Assembly: GCF_006345805.1 (NCBI RefSeq) | Contig: NW_021836292.1 | Coordinates: forward strand, 124,001 to 188,000 | DNA length: 64,000 bases | Direction: 5' to 3' | Source: Octopus sinensis | Taxonomy: Eukaryota | Shown: piece by piece, positions 30,161-44,510 of the stretch | Layout of the letters: each line of letters begins with the position of its first letter | How positions within the stretch are numbered: position 1 is the first letter of the stretch | Made by a program: the position numbers and the translations under genes | Notes under the pieces: generated by a model | What the model was told of the DNA's origin: nothing | Database searches by the model: none | What the model saw: only the letters and a program-made list of their open reading frames with translations

Positions 30161-30718
30161 ATATGTATTAGCTTAACAGTACTACCATAGACAGGGTAGT
30201 TAGATACAGCGTGTAGATATTGGTCTGATACATTTACATATTAATGATAGAGTACTATGTACTTCTACCACGGAAGATAAATTATATTAATGATTATGCC
30301 TTTGTGACTTCAGAATTCCCTGGCTAGGTTATAGTGAAGATTAGCGTGATTTGGTAACGTTATTAATATGGGGCTGTTGGAGTGGTATTAGCAGAAAAAT
30401 CGATGAGTTGATCTGCTAGAAACATTACTACAGGTTATCATAGAGTCCTTTAGTGGTTATTCAGGTGATGAAGAAGCTGGTGATGCCGCCCAGTTGGTAA
30501 CATTGTCATAATTAGTAGATGTCCTTCGGGAGGAAAATTTACGAGTTATTTATTCACTTGATGTTAACTGAGATTTTTCATATTCTGATATAATTAATGC
30601 TGTGTTTCTGCCAACATATAACAGATAACATATATCTTTAAGGAAATTGCATTATGCTAGTCTTATAATGAGTCATTTCCCTAAGGGTTTACTGCTATTC
30701 TTGTCTGTGTGTGGGTAC

Positions 30719-30751
<33 letters not shown>

Positions 30752-30753
30752 AT

Positions 30754-30797
<44 letters not shown>

Positions 30798-30811
30798 ATA
30801 ATAATATATAT

Positions 30812-30876
<65 letters not shown>

Positions 30877-31056
30877 CATTATATATATATACATTATATA
30901 TATATATACATTATATATATATACATTATATATATATATACATACACATTTATACATTATATATATTTCTATTCATTATCTCTCTCTCTCTCAATATATA
31001 TATATATTGAGAGAGAGAGAGATAATGAATAGAAATATATATAATGTATAAATGTG

Positions 31057-31121
<65 letters not shown>

Positions 31122-31741
31122 ATGTATATATGTGTATATATATATATAATGTGTATATGTGTATATACATTATATATGAGTGTGTGCGCGCGTGTTCGTG
31201 CGTGTGTGTGTGTGTGTGTGTGTGTGTTTGTGTCTGTGTCTGTCAGTCTGTCTGTCTGTGTTGCACAAGAAGCTATCAATAATATATCTGGTAAAATACT
31301 CCAGTGATAGAACATATTAAATATAATCACCAACCTCTGCCGTATGCCAGACTAGTGCGATTTCTAAACCGAGGAAATCTGACGATTTTTTTCGCAAAAA
31401 TTTTAATAAGAAGCCTTATCTATACGAGCGAGAAAGTGGTTGAAATTTGTTTCAATTGGTTTTAGTTTGTTTAATAAACAGCTGACACGAAGTTCGATTC
31501 GAATAAAGGTATGTTTCCCCTTTTTCCATCCAAGTTGCATTTTACCTTATATATTTCATTCGCAATTAAACAGCTTCAAAAATTTTAAAAAAAACTTATT
31601 TTTCAAATTTCTGAATGCTCTTATCAAATCGAAGTAAAATTTATTAACCTTCTAACTTTTAAAGATAATATTCCATGATTGTATTCACTTTTCCCCGTCA
31701 ATAAGGGATTTTTCGCTGTTATTTATAAATTCGTTTGCATA

Positions 31742-33006
31742 CGAGGGGCGTTCAATGAGTAATGCCCCTGACCCACTTCCCATAGCAGGAGAGCAACGAC
31801 ACTTGGCACAGTTATTCCTACATAGGAACTACCCAGAGTTATGCATTTCTCCCATCGTTTGATACAGCTCTGGAGACCGTTTTTGTAGAAGACCCCAGCT
31901 TGGTCCTCCAACCACGACGTGACTTCAGAAATCAAGGCTGCATCATCTGGGAAACGCTTTCCTTTCAAAATCAACTTCATGGCTGGAAAGAGGTGAAAAT
32001 CAGAGGAGGAGTTCATAGCTGCACGCCTGTGCTTCTGATCTGGCGACAAGCGAGTTGTGGACCGGAGCGTTGTCTTGCAGGAGGAGGATGCCTTTGCTGA
32101 TCTTGCCCCGCCTCTTGATTTTGATAGCTTCTCTTAATTTCCTCAAAAGTGAAGCATAATAGGCTCCTGTAATTGTGGTACCCTTTGCCAGGAAATCTGT
32201 CATCACTACTCCGTCCTGGTCCCAGAAGACTGTGAGCATAACCTTGTCAGCGGAGGGCTGCACCCTTGCCTTCTTTGGAGGAGGTGAGTCACTGCATTGA
32301 CTGGGATTTGGTCTATGGATCATAGAGATGGACCCAGGTTTTATCCTGTGTGATCAGTCTTTTGAAAAATTTTGACTCATCTTCTTGGCACATCTCCAAA
32401 TTCATCCCCGAGCACTCAACGCGTTCTTGCTTCTGGAAAGGTGTGAGCAACCTGGAAATCCATCTGGCAGACACCTTTTGCATATGAAAATGGTCATGAA
32501 TGATAGTTTCCACAGACCCGGTACTAATCTTGACCTTATGGGCTATTTGGCGAATAGTTATGCGTTGACCTTCCAAAATGGCAGCCTCAACTTGACGGAC
32601 AGACGTCTCATCAACGGCAGAAGGGGGCGACCAGATCTGGGAGCTGTTTCCACAGAGTTCCGACTATGTTTGAATTCACAATGCCAGGTCATATGATGGG
32701 GCATCATCACCATAATGCCAAGGTCATATGATGGGGCATCATCACCATAAGTTACTTTCATTTCATCAAAAGTCTCCCGTGGTGTGCGTCCTTTCAAATA
32801 CAAAAACCAGATCACTGCTCGACACTCAACAGGCTCCATTTCACACTTGACTCAGTTCAAACACCTGTAAATCAGAAACCACAATTAGTTCAGAGCTGTA
32901 ATTCGCCACTTAATCTATAGAGGTATAAATAAGTGCACATGCAAAATTTCAGCTAGATCAAACAAATGCAAGTGGGTCAGAAGCATTACTTATTGAACGC
33001 CCCTCG
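31742..33006 (-). mobile_element. mariner (irritans-like), full length, defective
   Basis: TIR cgaggggcgttcaat.agtaatgcccctgaccc at both ends, TA duplication; HTH SGRP, QDKTWVHLYDP, QDNAPVH; frameshifts. Confidence 0.92.
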
Positions 33007-33074
33007 TAAAAGCAGCTTTTTTTTATTGCATTCATGCATATACATACATATATTCACACCTTTAAAAACAAGGA

Positions 33075-33635
33075 ATACTAGTGGAACACCCCAATAAAAA
33101 CATCAATTTGATGCCAACATAACAGACCTGATATTGTTCTATGGGGCAGAAATCAAAATTCATGCGCTGTTGTAGAGGCCAGCTGCCCTGCAGATGTGAA
33201 TGTACAATCAAAATTCCAGGAAACAGAGAACATTTATGGCGATTTAATGTGAAACTTACAGCTACTGTACTCTGACGATATATTCTGATTTGTACCTATC
33301 ATCATAAGGGCATTAGGTTATGTACGAAAAGAATTTGCACAAAGCCTAGAAACACTTGGTTTTCACGGAAAAAGTGCAAAAGAAACTGGCGCGGAAATTC
33401 CAAATTTAATCTATTATTGGCACAGTTGTAAGACATTTCAGAAATTCTCCATGTGAGATTCTTAGATGAATAGATGCACACACCTGAGTGTATGCATCGA
33501 CAGTTCAAGCAACACACCAACTCAACCACGCATTTACAAACACCGGGAACTCTCTTAACTCAAAAGGTCTCGTTGCTTTGTCAGCAACCGGTTTGAAGTC
33601 TCTCAAGAAGTTAAATCAAACTCAAAGAAAAATCA
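33075..33635 (+). mobile_element. R4-like REL LINE 3' fragment, more diverged
   Basis: WNTPIKT..CQHNRPDIVLW..VVEASCPADVN..FVPIIIRALGY..CKTFQKF. Confidence 0.7.
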
Positions 33636-33804
33636 TACACACACACATACATATTGTGTATAAAAGGTTAAGTGAAATCAATGGACATATCGCTGCAGAC
33701 ATGATGGCGTAGGGAGGAATATACTCGCTGACTGTCACTCAAATCATGTAATCCTTATTATATATGCATATATATACATACATCTATAAATATATATGTG
33801 TATA

Positions 33805-34221
33805 TATGTGTGTCAGATAGTGACCATTGGTTTCGCACTTATAAAGTGTTTAGCCGTATTAGCGACTCGTCATATTCAAATGGCTAGAGACACGTCCTTC
33901 GTAGAAGTATGCCTTATACGCCTTATGAGGTCGATAATCTTTTTGAGCGGCATCCTCGTGTAGAACACGTTTGATGATATGGGTATGTATATATATATAT
34001 ATCTTTTTTCTGTAGAGTAACCAAGATCGAATAACTCCATAGTATCATAGAGAAAGCAGCTTTCGTGATTATGTATACGAGCACAGCCAGTGGTACTGCT
34101 ATAGCCCACAAACCACGTGATGGCCTTTGCAATACACTCTGCGACTGGAATGAGTCGAATTTCCTACACAGCTAAGTGCGTTATAGGTGCGAAACCAATA
34201 GTCACTCTCTGACCGGCCATA
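33805..34221. mobile_element. MITE with ~35-bp TIRs
   Basis: tgtcagatagtgaccattggtttcgcacttataa ... ttataggtgcgaaaccaatagtcactctctgacc. Confidence 0.75.
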
Positions 34222-34314
34222 ACAAACAACCTTCCAAATATATTATTGTTCTAATGTTTTAGAGTGTGCTTCTTTTTCAGATATATGAACTGCTGACGAT
34301 ATATATGTATCTGT

Positions 34315-34458
34315 TCTAAGTTCAAATTTCGCCGAGGTCGACTTGCCTTTCATCCTTTCAGGATCGATAAATTAAGTACCAATCAAATACTGAGATCGAT
34401 GTGATCGACCATCCCCCTTCTCTCAAATTCTGAGCCTTGTGTCTATACCGGAAAGGAT
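34315..34458 (+). mobile_element. SINE family B
   Basis: gccgaggtcgacttgcctttcatcctttc core plus ccttgtgtctata tail. Confidence 0.75.
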
Positions 34459-34521
34459 ACATATGTGTCTATGTGCGTGTGTGTGTGTATGTGTGTGTGT
34501 ATGTGTTTGTGTGTGTGTGTG

Positions 34522-34690
34522 TGAAGGCGCATGGCTCACTGGCTAGAGCATCGAGTTCACAATCATGAGGTAGTGAGCTCGATTTCTGAACCACGTTGTG
34601 TGTTGTGTTCTTGAGCAAGATACTTTATTTCGCGTTACTCCAGTTCATTCAGCTGTAAGAGTGAGTTGTGATGTCACTGGTGCCAAGCTA
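34522..34690 (+). mobile_element. SINE family C (tRNA-like head), 5' part
   Basis: Homologous to 57282-57613. Confidence 0.7.
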
Positions 34691-34699
34691 TATATATAT

Positions 34700-35440
34700 G
34701 CTGATCCGTTAATCGTTAATTAACTAAGTTAACATTTTCGTTAACGATTTGATTTTTAAGTTAACTTTGAAAATCATTATCGGACTAATTATTTTCCGTT
34801 ACATTTAGCTTCCGTTAACTCAAAACTCGTCTTCTGCAGCCCCTTGGTCGGCGCAGTTTTGGCAGACGTCGACGAAAGATTTGCGACCCTCCTGAACGAT
34901 GAGGAATGCCTACTGGCTGCTACATTCCTCCTCAAGTTTCGCCTCATCTGATTGGATAGGTATGATAGCAGAAGTTCACCAAGGTGAGGAAAAGCATGGG
35001 GGATAAGGCCGAGGAGGCCATAAGGCAGCAGTCTGAGGAAGTGAGCTGCAACAGTAAAGGCAGCAAAAACGAAGAGGTGGAGGATGGCTGCTTCAGTGGT
35101 GTCACCCAAAAAAAGGGGAGCGGAAGTCACAGTTCACTGAAGGACAAGGCCCAGAATTTAGAAAAGACCTGGTTGGAGACCAACTTCAAAGATCTGCTAA
35201 TAGATGCTGCCTTCTTGAGTGAGCAAGTTTTGGTGGACTTGTTCATCAAGTTCAACACAGCTATCCCTTCCAGTGCTGCAACTGAACGTTTATTTTCCAT
35301 GGGCAAGGACATCTTAAGTGCCAAAAGATCGTCCTTGTCTGGTGAAAATTTTAGTAAGTTAATTTTCATGAAGGGCAACATGAACCTCATCAACAACATG
35401 AAAAAGAAGAGGAAAAATGAAATTATGTATATATCGTGTT
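34700..35440 (+). mobile_element. hAT transposon relic (C-terminal dimerisation domain)
   Basis: LFIKFNTAIPSSAATERLFSMGKDILSAKRSSLSGENFSKLIFMKGN; gttaac-rich subterminal-like region at 34700-34820. Confidence 0.75.
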
Positions 35441-35522
35441 TTTCATTTTTTATTTTTACTTTTTACGGGCATTTTATCAATAATTTTTTTTAGCTTAATA
35501 CTAATATTGTGTCTCAACTGAG

Positions 35523-35539
<17 letters not shown>

Positions 35540-35553
<14 letters not shown>

Positions 35554-37230
35554 TGACTCTAAAAGCTTTTAAAAACCTTTAAAAAATGGGGCCAAAACTA
35601 TGAAATCAGCCTTTTTAGGTCCTTTGAAATTTAAAACTATAAAATTAATATTTTTTAACTCTAAGCAAAAAAACTATAGTTTTGGAGTTCTAAAGCCCGC
35701 AAAAAGACCCAAAAAGCTGATTTTATAGTTTTGGCACTTTTTAACCCTTTATTGTTTAAATCGGCCAATTAGCTGTATCTAATTCTTTTACGAAATCTTT
35801 TTAAAAAATAAACAAATTACGAAAGAATAAAATTCTCGTAGCTTTGAGATAATGTGAGGGGTTTTCTTCCAGAAAACACAGAACTGAGAAAAAAGCAAAA
35901 TTAACTGAGATGGATGTCAACAGAGAAAATATTGATTTCCATAAAGTGGGAAAAATGAATGGAAGGAAAAAACTTGGTAAATATTTCAGTGTGAATTGTT
36001 GTAACGTGGTATCAGGGCATGCTAGAAATAGCAGTCAAGTCTTTCCTTTTCTGGAAAAAAGGAGCCGTTTCCGCGTGATTTCGATGTCACGTTCGTTGAA
36101 AACATGCAAAATAACCTAGAAAAGAAAGAACCCCGCAAAACAAAACACTCTTGGTGAGAAACTTCGAGGTCCCCACTACCCCTCCCATCTTTCTTTCTGG
36201 AAAAAAGTGGCTTGCGGCGGATTTGGAGGTCAGATACTTTGAATGCACCGAAAAAAATTGTGGGAAAAATTATTCCACAAAGAATAAAATCTTGTACCGA
36301 TTATACCTGTATATTAATTAATTCAAATTAATGTACCTCATCTTGAAAAGTGGCAAAATTTTTGTCAGTTGCCATCTGGGATAATTTTAGTAACAAATCA
36401 AACAAGTGAGATACATTAAGAATTTCAGTTTTAGTGTTTATCCATAATGTTATTGCTTTTACACCCGTTAATTAAATTTGCCTGCCCATAAAAGTCAAAT
36501 TTATTCAGCAAGATCAGGCAAAATTACATAACAATAAACCAGTGGTGTATAAAGCACCCACTGACAAAATTTAAATTCTGTATGTAAAAAATTTACAAAG
36601 TTACAAGCAAATATTGTGGACACCCCTCTTGAACCTGAATAATTCAAAATAACGTGAACATGCATTCTACTTAATATGAATACTAAAGATGTTTTGAATC
36701 TTTTTTTTTTCTTACACACACACATAACACGACCTCGCTTGGTTGGGTCTACGTGAGTGTTACTTTGACATCATCATTCCATAAAATTTCTTTATGAAAA
36801 GAAAAATATTGAAAAATATCAATAGATGTGTGAGTGAAAAAGAAACGGGGAGGAAGGTTTGGGGATACGCTAGAAACAACAGCCAGATCTTCCTTATGTG
36901 GGACATGATCCGAAACTCCGTTTTGCAGAGCCCCCCCCCCCCCCTCCCCCGCTTCCTTCCAAAAAATTTTGCCTACAAATTTCTTTGTAATCGTAATCTA
37001 CACCGTTTGAAAGGTATTTGTATAAACTTTCATTAAAAAATATCTATTTTCCAGAAAGTAATGAGAGGAAAATTTTGGGTCTCTTTGAATTTTCCGAAAC
37101 CCCTCTCCGCAGCCCTCGGAAATTTTTTTCCAATAAATCTTTGCGTACACTCAATCTACAGGATATAAGCAATTATTTGATAAAAGTTTCGTTAAAAAGT
37201 ATCCATTTTTCTGGAAGTTATAGATGTGTG
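35540..37230. mobile_element. Unclassified non-autonomous repeat with internal degenerate repeats (Helentron/HINE-like?)
   Basis: Recurring gctagaaa.a.cag.c / ttttccagaaa motifs ending in a (TG)n tract; no ORF. Confidence 0.3.
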
Positions 37231-37749
37231 TGTGTGTGTGTATGTATCAATGTAGCTATGTATGCGTGTATGTGTGTGCGTGTGCATGTACGTGTGCGTG
37301 TGCATGTGCGTGTGCGTGTGTGTGTGTGCGTGTGCGTGTGTGTGTGTGTAAGTGTGTATAAATAATAACTGATATATGTTGGTAGCAAACACCCTTTACC
37401 ATTTTCTTATTAAATGCCGAGGCTTGTATCCGTTAAGATGGAAATGTATAATTCCACGTTCAGCCTTGCTAATCTTCATGCTTATATATAGTGTTTTAAA
37501 GTCATACAGATTTGTAATTTCTAAAATTTATAAATCTTCATGGTATTAATTTTTCAGCTAATGCGTTGGGATTTTCTTTTTTTTTTCTTATGAACATAAA
37601 TTGAATTATCCTTTGTGCATTCTACGTGATGTCCCAACTTCTATAATTGAATGCTGTATCACCTTGAAATTTTACCCTACCATCATAAAAATACTATAGT
37701 ATATTGATATAGGAAGTAAAAGCTATAGACGTCACTCTCAAGCTAGTAT

Positions 37750-37960
37750 GTATGTCTATGTTTGTACCCCCACCTTCACTTGACTACCGATGTTGCTGGG
37801 TTTACGTCCTCATAACTTTGTCGTTTGCAAAACACACCGGTAGAATAAGTACTATGCTTACAAAGAATAAATCATGTTGTCAATTTCTGTGACTAAAGGT
37901 GGTGCTCCGGCATGGCCGCAATCACATGACCGAAGCAAGTAAAACAATAAAAAGCTATTC
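37750..37960 (+). mobile_element. SINE A 3' module
   Basis: tttacgtcctcataac...gaataagtac...ggtgctccggcatggccgca. Confidence 0.7.
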
Positions 37961-37995
37961 CATTTTAATGCCGAGCGACGCCGTGCATCTCTTTC

Positions 37996-38031
<36 letters not shown>

Positions 38032-38032
38032 G

Positions 38033-38076
<44 letters not shown>

Positions 38077-38126
38077 CATATTGTGTATATGTGCGCGCTT
38101 GTGTGCGTGTATATATATATGTGTGT

Positions 38127-38172
<46 letters not shown>

Positions 38173-39239
38173 ATGTATGTATGTATGTATATATATATAT
38201 ATATATAGTGGGTGTAATTTTATGTTTAATCTGTAAGCAGAAGGAAGATGGTAGCATTAACTCACATAAATTAAACTTGACGGAAAATGACGTTTAATAA
38301 TATCCTGGATTGGCGTTGGTGTTTGTCGCTTTGGAGTTTTGTAAAGAACTCATTAATTAGTTGGTTAGAAACAAGCTCCCGTGGAAAAAATAATCATTCA
38401 AGAAAGATGTACACCATATTTTCTACCGCTGATAACAAAATGTTGCTCAACGTTGTATACTACTAGACTTTGCAGAGGGTCAAAGTTGGTAACAAAAACA
38501 GGACAGTGTAAACAAACAGGAAGGGCTGTGAAGCTAGAACGATGTGAGTTGGTGAACGGGGAAGAAACAAGCTCTGGCAGGAGACAGACAAGAATGCAAC
38601 TTATCTCTGCAGCTGATCAGAAAGAAAGAAAGAAATTCAAGTGAGGAAAAGAAATATGGCCGATGGTCACGTGCGAGCAATGAGAGAGTAAAGGCAGAAG
38701 AGTGAGGGAGAGAGAGGGACAGACAGAGAATGGCAAAGAGGAGAGGAAAAGAATTAGAGAAAGGAAGAGAGAGGAAAAGAAAGGGGAGAGGGAAAGATAA
38801 ACAGAAAGTGATAGAATAAGTGTCGCATTGAAATTACTAAGATAAAACGTTTTTGGAGATGGATGCGTAGCATTCAACCATATAATAGTATAAATGATAT
38901 ATAAATATAATGTATTTTGAAATAATAGCATGAAATTTAATATCAAAAAAATTCCTCACAAAGGTATGTGTCTAAAATAGTATTGTATTAAATATATATG
39001 TAAATATATGAAATATGACAGTTTAAAATTTTAGTAATTAATGTATCTTACGATTGTTTCACGAAAGTTTTGTCATTATAATGGAATCCATTGATAAACA
39101 ATACTTCCGCTCGTCAGAGATTGAGAAAGTAAAGTTTGTATAATATATCAAATGTTATTTTAAAAATCAGAAAAATATATGAAAAAGTATTTTTGAAAAA
39201 TAAAATTTACTGGTTTTGATTTAACTAGGTAGACTTTGG

Positions 39240-39940
39240 TATGAAAATGCCATTTTTAAATTGAAGAGACTGAACGATATAGGGATCCAGTGCTTCTGTC
39301 TTACCTTGCAATTGCTTTGCTATTTTTATAAGGTTGACAGACGTTCAATTGTCAGGCCCAACTCCTCCTTCTCTTCTTCTGGATCTGGTGCTTCCTCCAC
39401 CTCTTCACTGACAGACTTAGTTAACTCCAACAAATCTTCGCCTGTTAGGGTTTCAGATTAGGCATCGATGAGGTAGTTGATCTCATCTTGTGTGATGTCA
39501 TCAAGACCTTCGCCACCAAGTACCTTTGTCAGTTTTACTTCATTGTTGACAGCCTTATGCTGAATGTCTTCAGGTGAGAAGCCCTCATAGTCCTGGACAC
39601 ACTCTGGCCACATCTTCTTCCAGCATGCGATGAGGGTTTCTTTTTTAATGTCTTTAAGAGCAGCGTGGATGACTGACAAGTACATTGCAATCGTGAATTT
39701 ATGCCAGTACTCCTTTAACTTGAAATTCTTGTTTGAATCCATTGCATCCACAAGGTTTTGGAGAGAGTTCCACATGTAAAGTGCCTAGAAGGCAAGGATC
39801 ATGTTTTGATTCATAGGCTGAATGGGATGGTGTTAGCAGGAAGGAACTCGACTTGGACTCCCTTGTGATTCAAATCCAAAGAGTGACCACAAGCATTATC
39901 TATAACAAGCAAGACCTTGAATTCCATGAGACGAAGAGGC
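39240..39940 (-). mobile_element. Tigger/pogo transposase fragment (DDE_1, CENP-B-like)
   Basis: KVLLVIDNACGH..VEFLPANT..IQPMNQ..LKEYWHKFTIA..CWKKMWPECV..LGGEG. Confidence 0.8.
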
Positions 39941-40019
39941 CTTTCTTTTTTCCGCCGAAACTACACCTGATTATATATACACTTTAGATGAGTTGTAGTG
40001 CACCTGAGCACTGTACACA

Positions 40020-40020
<1 letters not shown>

Positions 40021-40082
<62 letters not shown>
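40021..40082 (+). repeat. (TTA)n microsatellite
   Basis: Direct reading. Confidence 0.95.
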
Positions 40083-40084
<2 letters not shown>

Positions 40085-40426
40085 TTAAAAACTTCGCAGT
40101 CCACCGCTTTTTTTCTTCGGGCCGATTCATTCTCACACACACATACACGCACACACACACATACACGCACACGCACGCACACACACACACAGAGTCCTTA
40201 AATAATAAAGCAGCAAGGTCGAGTCAATGAAATCGCTACCGTGTACAACACAAAATGAGAGGAGGGTATACGTATGTACCGAAGTAAAGACGAATTTATA
40301 TTCCAGATGCATGTACAATCACAAGTGTTTTTCTTTTTTTTTTTTCGCATGGTCTAATAACTCTATTCATCAATAAAAAGCGCGTCTGAAACAGGTGTGG
40401 TGAGTGAACGACTATCCATCTATTCT

Positions 40427-40474
<48 letters not shown>

Positions 40475-40488
40475 TATATATGTGTGTA

Positions 40489-41057
40489 CGAGCAAAACGC
40501 CCCCCCCCCCCGTCTAATGGACGGTACTGAATCATATCTGCTGAATAAAAAGCAATCAGTGTTTTCTTTTCATTTAAAAAAATAATTAAGCATGTCTTTA
40601 TTGCAATAAATTTTGGGGTTTTGTTAAACGAAGTTAAGGCAAAAAAAAAAATCTTCTTGAGAAACCAAATAGTCTTTCCTTCCTTCATGCTTAAGTTTGA
40701 AGAAAATATCTCTTTTGCATCTTACTTTTTTGGTCTCTTAAATATACTGTATTTTGTGTCATTATTTCAAGCCAGCCGGCTTCTTTTTTTTTTTTGCGCA
40801 AACTGCACGTGCATTTTTCTCGCATACGCGTAGTATCGATCGCAACAGCTGATGTACTTGCGCGTACAAATGCACGTTCCCACGGCTTTATCGATCGCAT
40901 TCTCACCTGGAATCGATTTTTGTAATTTTTTCAAAACTTATACACGCCCTGATACCGTCGGTATCTACATATCAAATTTGAGCGCAATCGGATAGAGGAT
41001 GCCCGAGATCCTAGAAGGCACACACACAGACAGACAGAACGAATTTTATATAATAGA
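40489..41057 (-). mobile_element. Non-autonomous Helitron/HINE-like element
   Basis: Minus 5' TC then (tgtc) microsatellite; 3' hairpin ccgtc-taat-ggacgg near a CTAG-like (CTCG) end. Confidence 0.55.
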
Positions 41058-41775
41058 TATATGTATGCATGTGAGGTGTTACTTATAGTAATAACCCTTG
41101 CTGTAATAATGTATTTTATATTTGAGAAAAAAAATTATATACTTGTATTAATTTTTTCCTCAATCGGTTTTCCACGCTGGCTACTTGATAAATCTTATAT
41201 AGATTTTATCCTTGTACTTTATATATATCAGAAGCGTGCGGTCCATCGAAGCAAGGGAAGCAACGTTTCCCTTTAAAATTATAGAAACAAAATCGAAACT
41301 ACATTACTTATTTTTCATAAGATCATTCTTTTAATGTTCTGTATAATTACTATAAGCTACATGACATCATAGGCTTCAGACTTTTATTGTCGGAATTTGC
41401 ATGAGACGACACGCAGTGGCAGACGCCACAAAAAAAATCTGTGCAAGGGAACCAACACGAGCTGTTGCATCCTTTCCGCTGTAATATTTTAACATTTTTT
41501 CCGATAAAAATGCCACAAAGACAATTTTTTTTTTCTAGTAAGCGCTGATAACGAATAGTTTTAGATGCTAATAAATACTTATACGCTTAGATTAAGTTTC
41601 TATCAATTCGCAATACCTATAATATATATATAATCTTACGCTGTTATGTAGCACTTACATTGGGAATGGAAGCAAGTTGACATTCTACTTCCATCAGGAA
41701 AACGGTGAAAAGATAACGCGCGTGGTTTTCTTGGTTTATTCAACTATTTCATACTTTTTCAGAACACCCTTAATA

Positions 41776-43040
41776 TTTGGTCGTCCGGAAAGTTTGTGCC
41801 GATTTATAGTAGCTTACCTTTTGACTTATTTTAGAAAATAGATGGGTCCATAAAATAGGATTTTACTACACATCCATTTAGAGCACAGTTTAAGCTATCT
41901 TTTCGTTGAAGAAGGTTTATGTTCCTATAACCTGTGTTAATTCTGTAACCCTTTAAAATGGAAGATAAGGAAGTTCATTTTCGGCACTTGATGCTTTTCT
42001 TTTCCTGTAAAGGGAAAATGCCTCACAAGCAACCAAAGAAATATGCGCAGTTTACGGTGATGTTTCTTTATCCGAAAGAACTGTACGGAAGGTTCCGAGC
42101 TGGAGATTGTAGCCTTATTGATAAAGAGCGATCAGGCAGACCATCCACTACAGATGATGACCAAATCAGGTCATTAACTGAGAATAGCCCACATTGCACA
42201 ACCCGGGAATTGTCAGAAAGCCTCAACCTATCAAAATCCGTCGTTCATGAGTACCTGGTAAAGCTTGGGTACACAAATCGCTACGATGTTTGGGTGCCAC
42301 ATGAGTTGAGTGAGAAAAACCTTTTGGGTCGCATCTGTGATTCGCTTTATAAACGGAATGAAAACGCCCCTTTTTTAAAGCAAATTGTGACAGGTGATGA
42401 GAAATGGATTATCTACCGAAATGTTCAGAGAAAGCGATCCTGGAATAAGCGATATGGGCCACCCTTAGCCACCCCAAAAGCGGGTCTTCAACCTAAAAAT
42501 GTCTTGCTTTGTGCCTGGTGGGATTGGAAAGGAATTCTGTACTATGAGCTTCTCCCAAGTAACCAGACAATTAACTCTGAGAAATACTGCACACAATGGG
42601 ACGAGTTAAAAGCAGCAATTCGATAGAAACGTCCAGAATTGACCAACATGAAGGGTGTTGTTTTCCAACATGATAATGCAAGACCGCATGTTTCTTCGGG
42701 AACCAGACAAAAATTGCCGCAGCTCGGTTGGGATATGTTACCTCACCCTCCATATTCACCAGATATTGCTCCTTCGGATTTCCACTTATTCAGGTCTCTG
42801 CAGAATAGTCTTAATGGTAAAAATTTCAATTCCTTGGATGACGTAAAAAGATACCTTGATGAATTCTTTGCCCTGAAACCACCTCAATTCTGGGAAGAGA
42901 GTATTTTCAAGTTAAAGGAAAGATGGAGACGCTTTGTGCAACAAGAAGATTCATATTTGGTTGATTAAAAATGTAATGGCAAGTATTTATTGACCTTTTT
43001 CTTTCCTATAAAATCAGCACGAACTTTCCGGACAACCCAA
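41776..43040 (+). mobile_element. mariner DD34D (mellifera-like), full length, defective
   Basis: TIR ttgg.cgtccggaaagtt.gtgc.gattt; WVPHEL, IVTGDEKW, HDNARPH-34-SD, HPPYSPDIAPSD; stop/frameshifts. Confidence 0.92.
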
Positions 43041-43129
43041 CATAAAATGCGATTTTTTTTATTTCAAAAATAGCTGTATAATACGAACATGTCACTTTGA
43101 TTCAAATATCTACGTGACAGAAGATTTTG

Positions 43130-43262
43130 GCCATGGGTGCGTGCTGAGAAGTTGGCTTTCCAGCCACATAGTTCAGGGTTCAGCCCCACTACGTGGCGCT
43201 CTTGGGCAAGTGTCTTCTACTATAGCCCCGGAAGCGGATTTAGTGAACGGAAACTGAAAGGA
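43130..43262 (+). mobile_element. SINE A head, degenerate
   Basis: gggttcagccccactacgtggcgctcttgggcaagtgtcttctactatagcc. Confidence 0.7.
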
Positions 43263-43282
43263 GACCGCGGTACGTATACAAC

Positions 43283-44077
43283 TTTTATTTGTTTATTTGT
43301 TTCAGACATTTGATTGCGGCCATGCTGAAACACCACCTTTAGTCGAAGAAATTGACCCACGACTTATTCTTTGTAAGCCTAGGACTTATTTTATCGGTCT
43401 GTTTTACCGAACCGCTAAGTTACGGGGACATAAACGCACCAACATCAGTTGTCAAACGATGGTGGGGGATAAACACACACACACACACATATATACAGGA
43501 GTGGCTGTGTGGTAAGAAGCTTGCTTACCAGCCACATGGTTCCGGGTTCAGTCCCACTGCGTGGCACCTTGGGCAAGTGTCTTCTACTCTAGCCTCGGGC
43601 CGACCAAAGCCTTGTGAGTGGATTTGGTAGACGAAACTGAAAGAAGCCCGTCGTATATATGTATATATATATATATATATATATACGTATATATGTGTGT
43701 GTGTTTATGTGTTTGTGTTTGTCCCCCCAACATCGCTTGACAACCGATGCTGGTGTGTTTACGTTCCCGTAACTTAGCGGTTCGATAAAAAAGACCGATA
43801 AAAAATACTACACTTACAAAGAATAAGTCCTGGAGTCGATTTGTTCGACTAAAGGCGGTGCTCCAGCATGGCCGCAGTCAAATGACTGAAACAAATAAAA
43901 GAATAAAAGAATAAGAGAATATATATATGACGGGCTTCTTGCAGTTTCCGTCAACCAAGTCCACTCACAAGGCTTTGGTTGGCTCGAAGCTATAGTATGA
44001 CACTTGCCCAAGGTGCCACGGAATGGGACTGAACCCGGAACCATGTGGTTGGGACGCAAGCTACTTACCACACAGCC
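43283..44077 (-). mobile_element. SINE A (minus) split by an antisense SINE A
   Basis: 3' module at 43283-43480, head at 43929-44077. Confidence 0.75.
43496..43920 (+). mobile_element. Complete SINE A (head + TA/TG linker + 3' module + gaataaaa tail)
   Basis: Best-preserved copy in the window. Confidence 0.9.
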
Positions 44078-44426
44078 AATGTATATATCTCTACTGTTTG
44101 CGTTTGTCCCCTACCACAGCCTAACAACCGGTGTTGGTTTGTCTTTGGTTTCTAACTGTTTAAGAAAATGGACTATCACTACATATATTCATATGTATAT
44201 CTACTCAGAGTAGATAAAACAAGGGGCAACAGATGAAAGGAATGTTGTTTATGTTGCCTGTCTCGTATCTCTATTTCTTCCATTCGTTGTTCAAAAAAAG
44301 TTCGTTTTCCATGTTTTTGTTTTTTGTTTTCTCGTTTCTCATTTTGTTCACGTTTTTTTTACGTCCTGTACCCATATATGCATGTATATATACATATATA
44401 TGTAGGAATGTACATATATGTATACA

Positions 44427-44475
<49 letters not shown>

Positions 44476-44510
44476 TTATACATATATATATACATATATA
44501 TACATACATA

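Noticed and set aside
30470-30510. Possible host micro-exon (ttcag...gtaac)
   Set aside because: Splice-like dinucleotides only; no coding support.
38600-38650. Possible micro-exon (ctgcag...gtgagg)
   Set aside because: Low-complexity purine-rich context; expected by chance.
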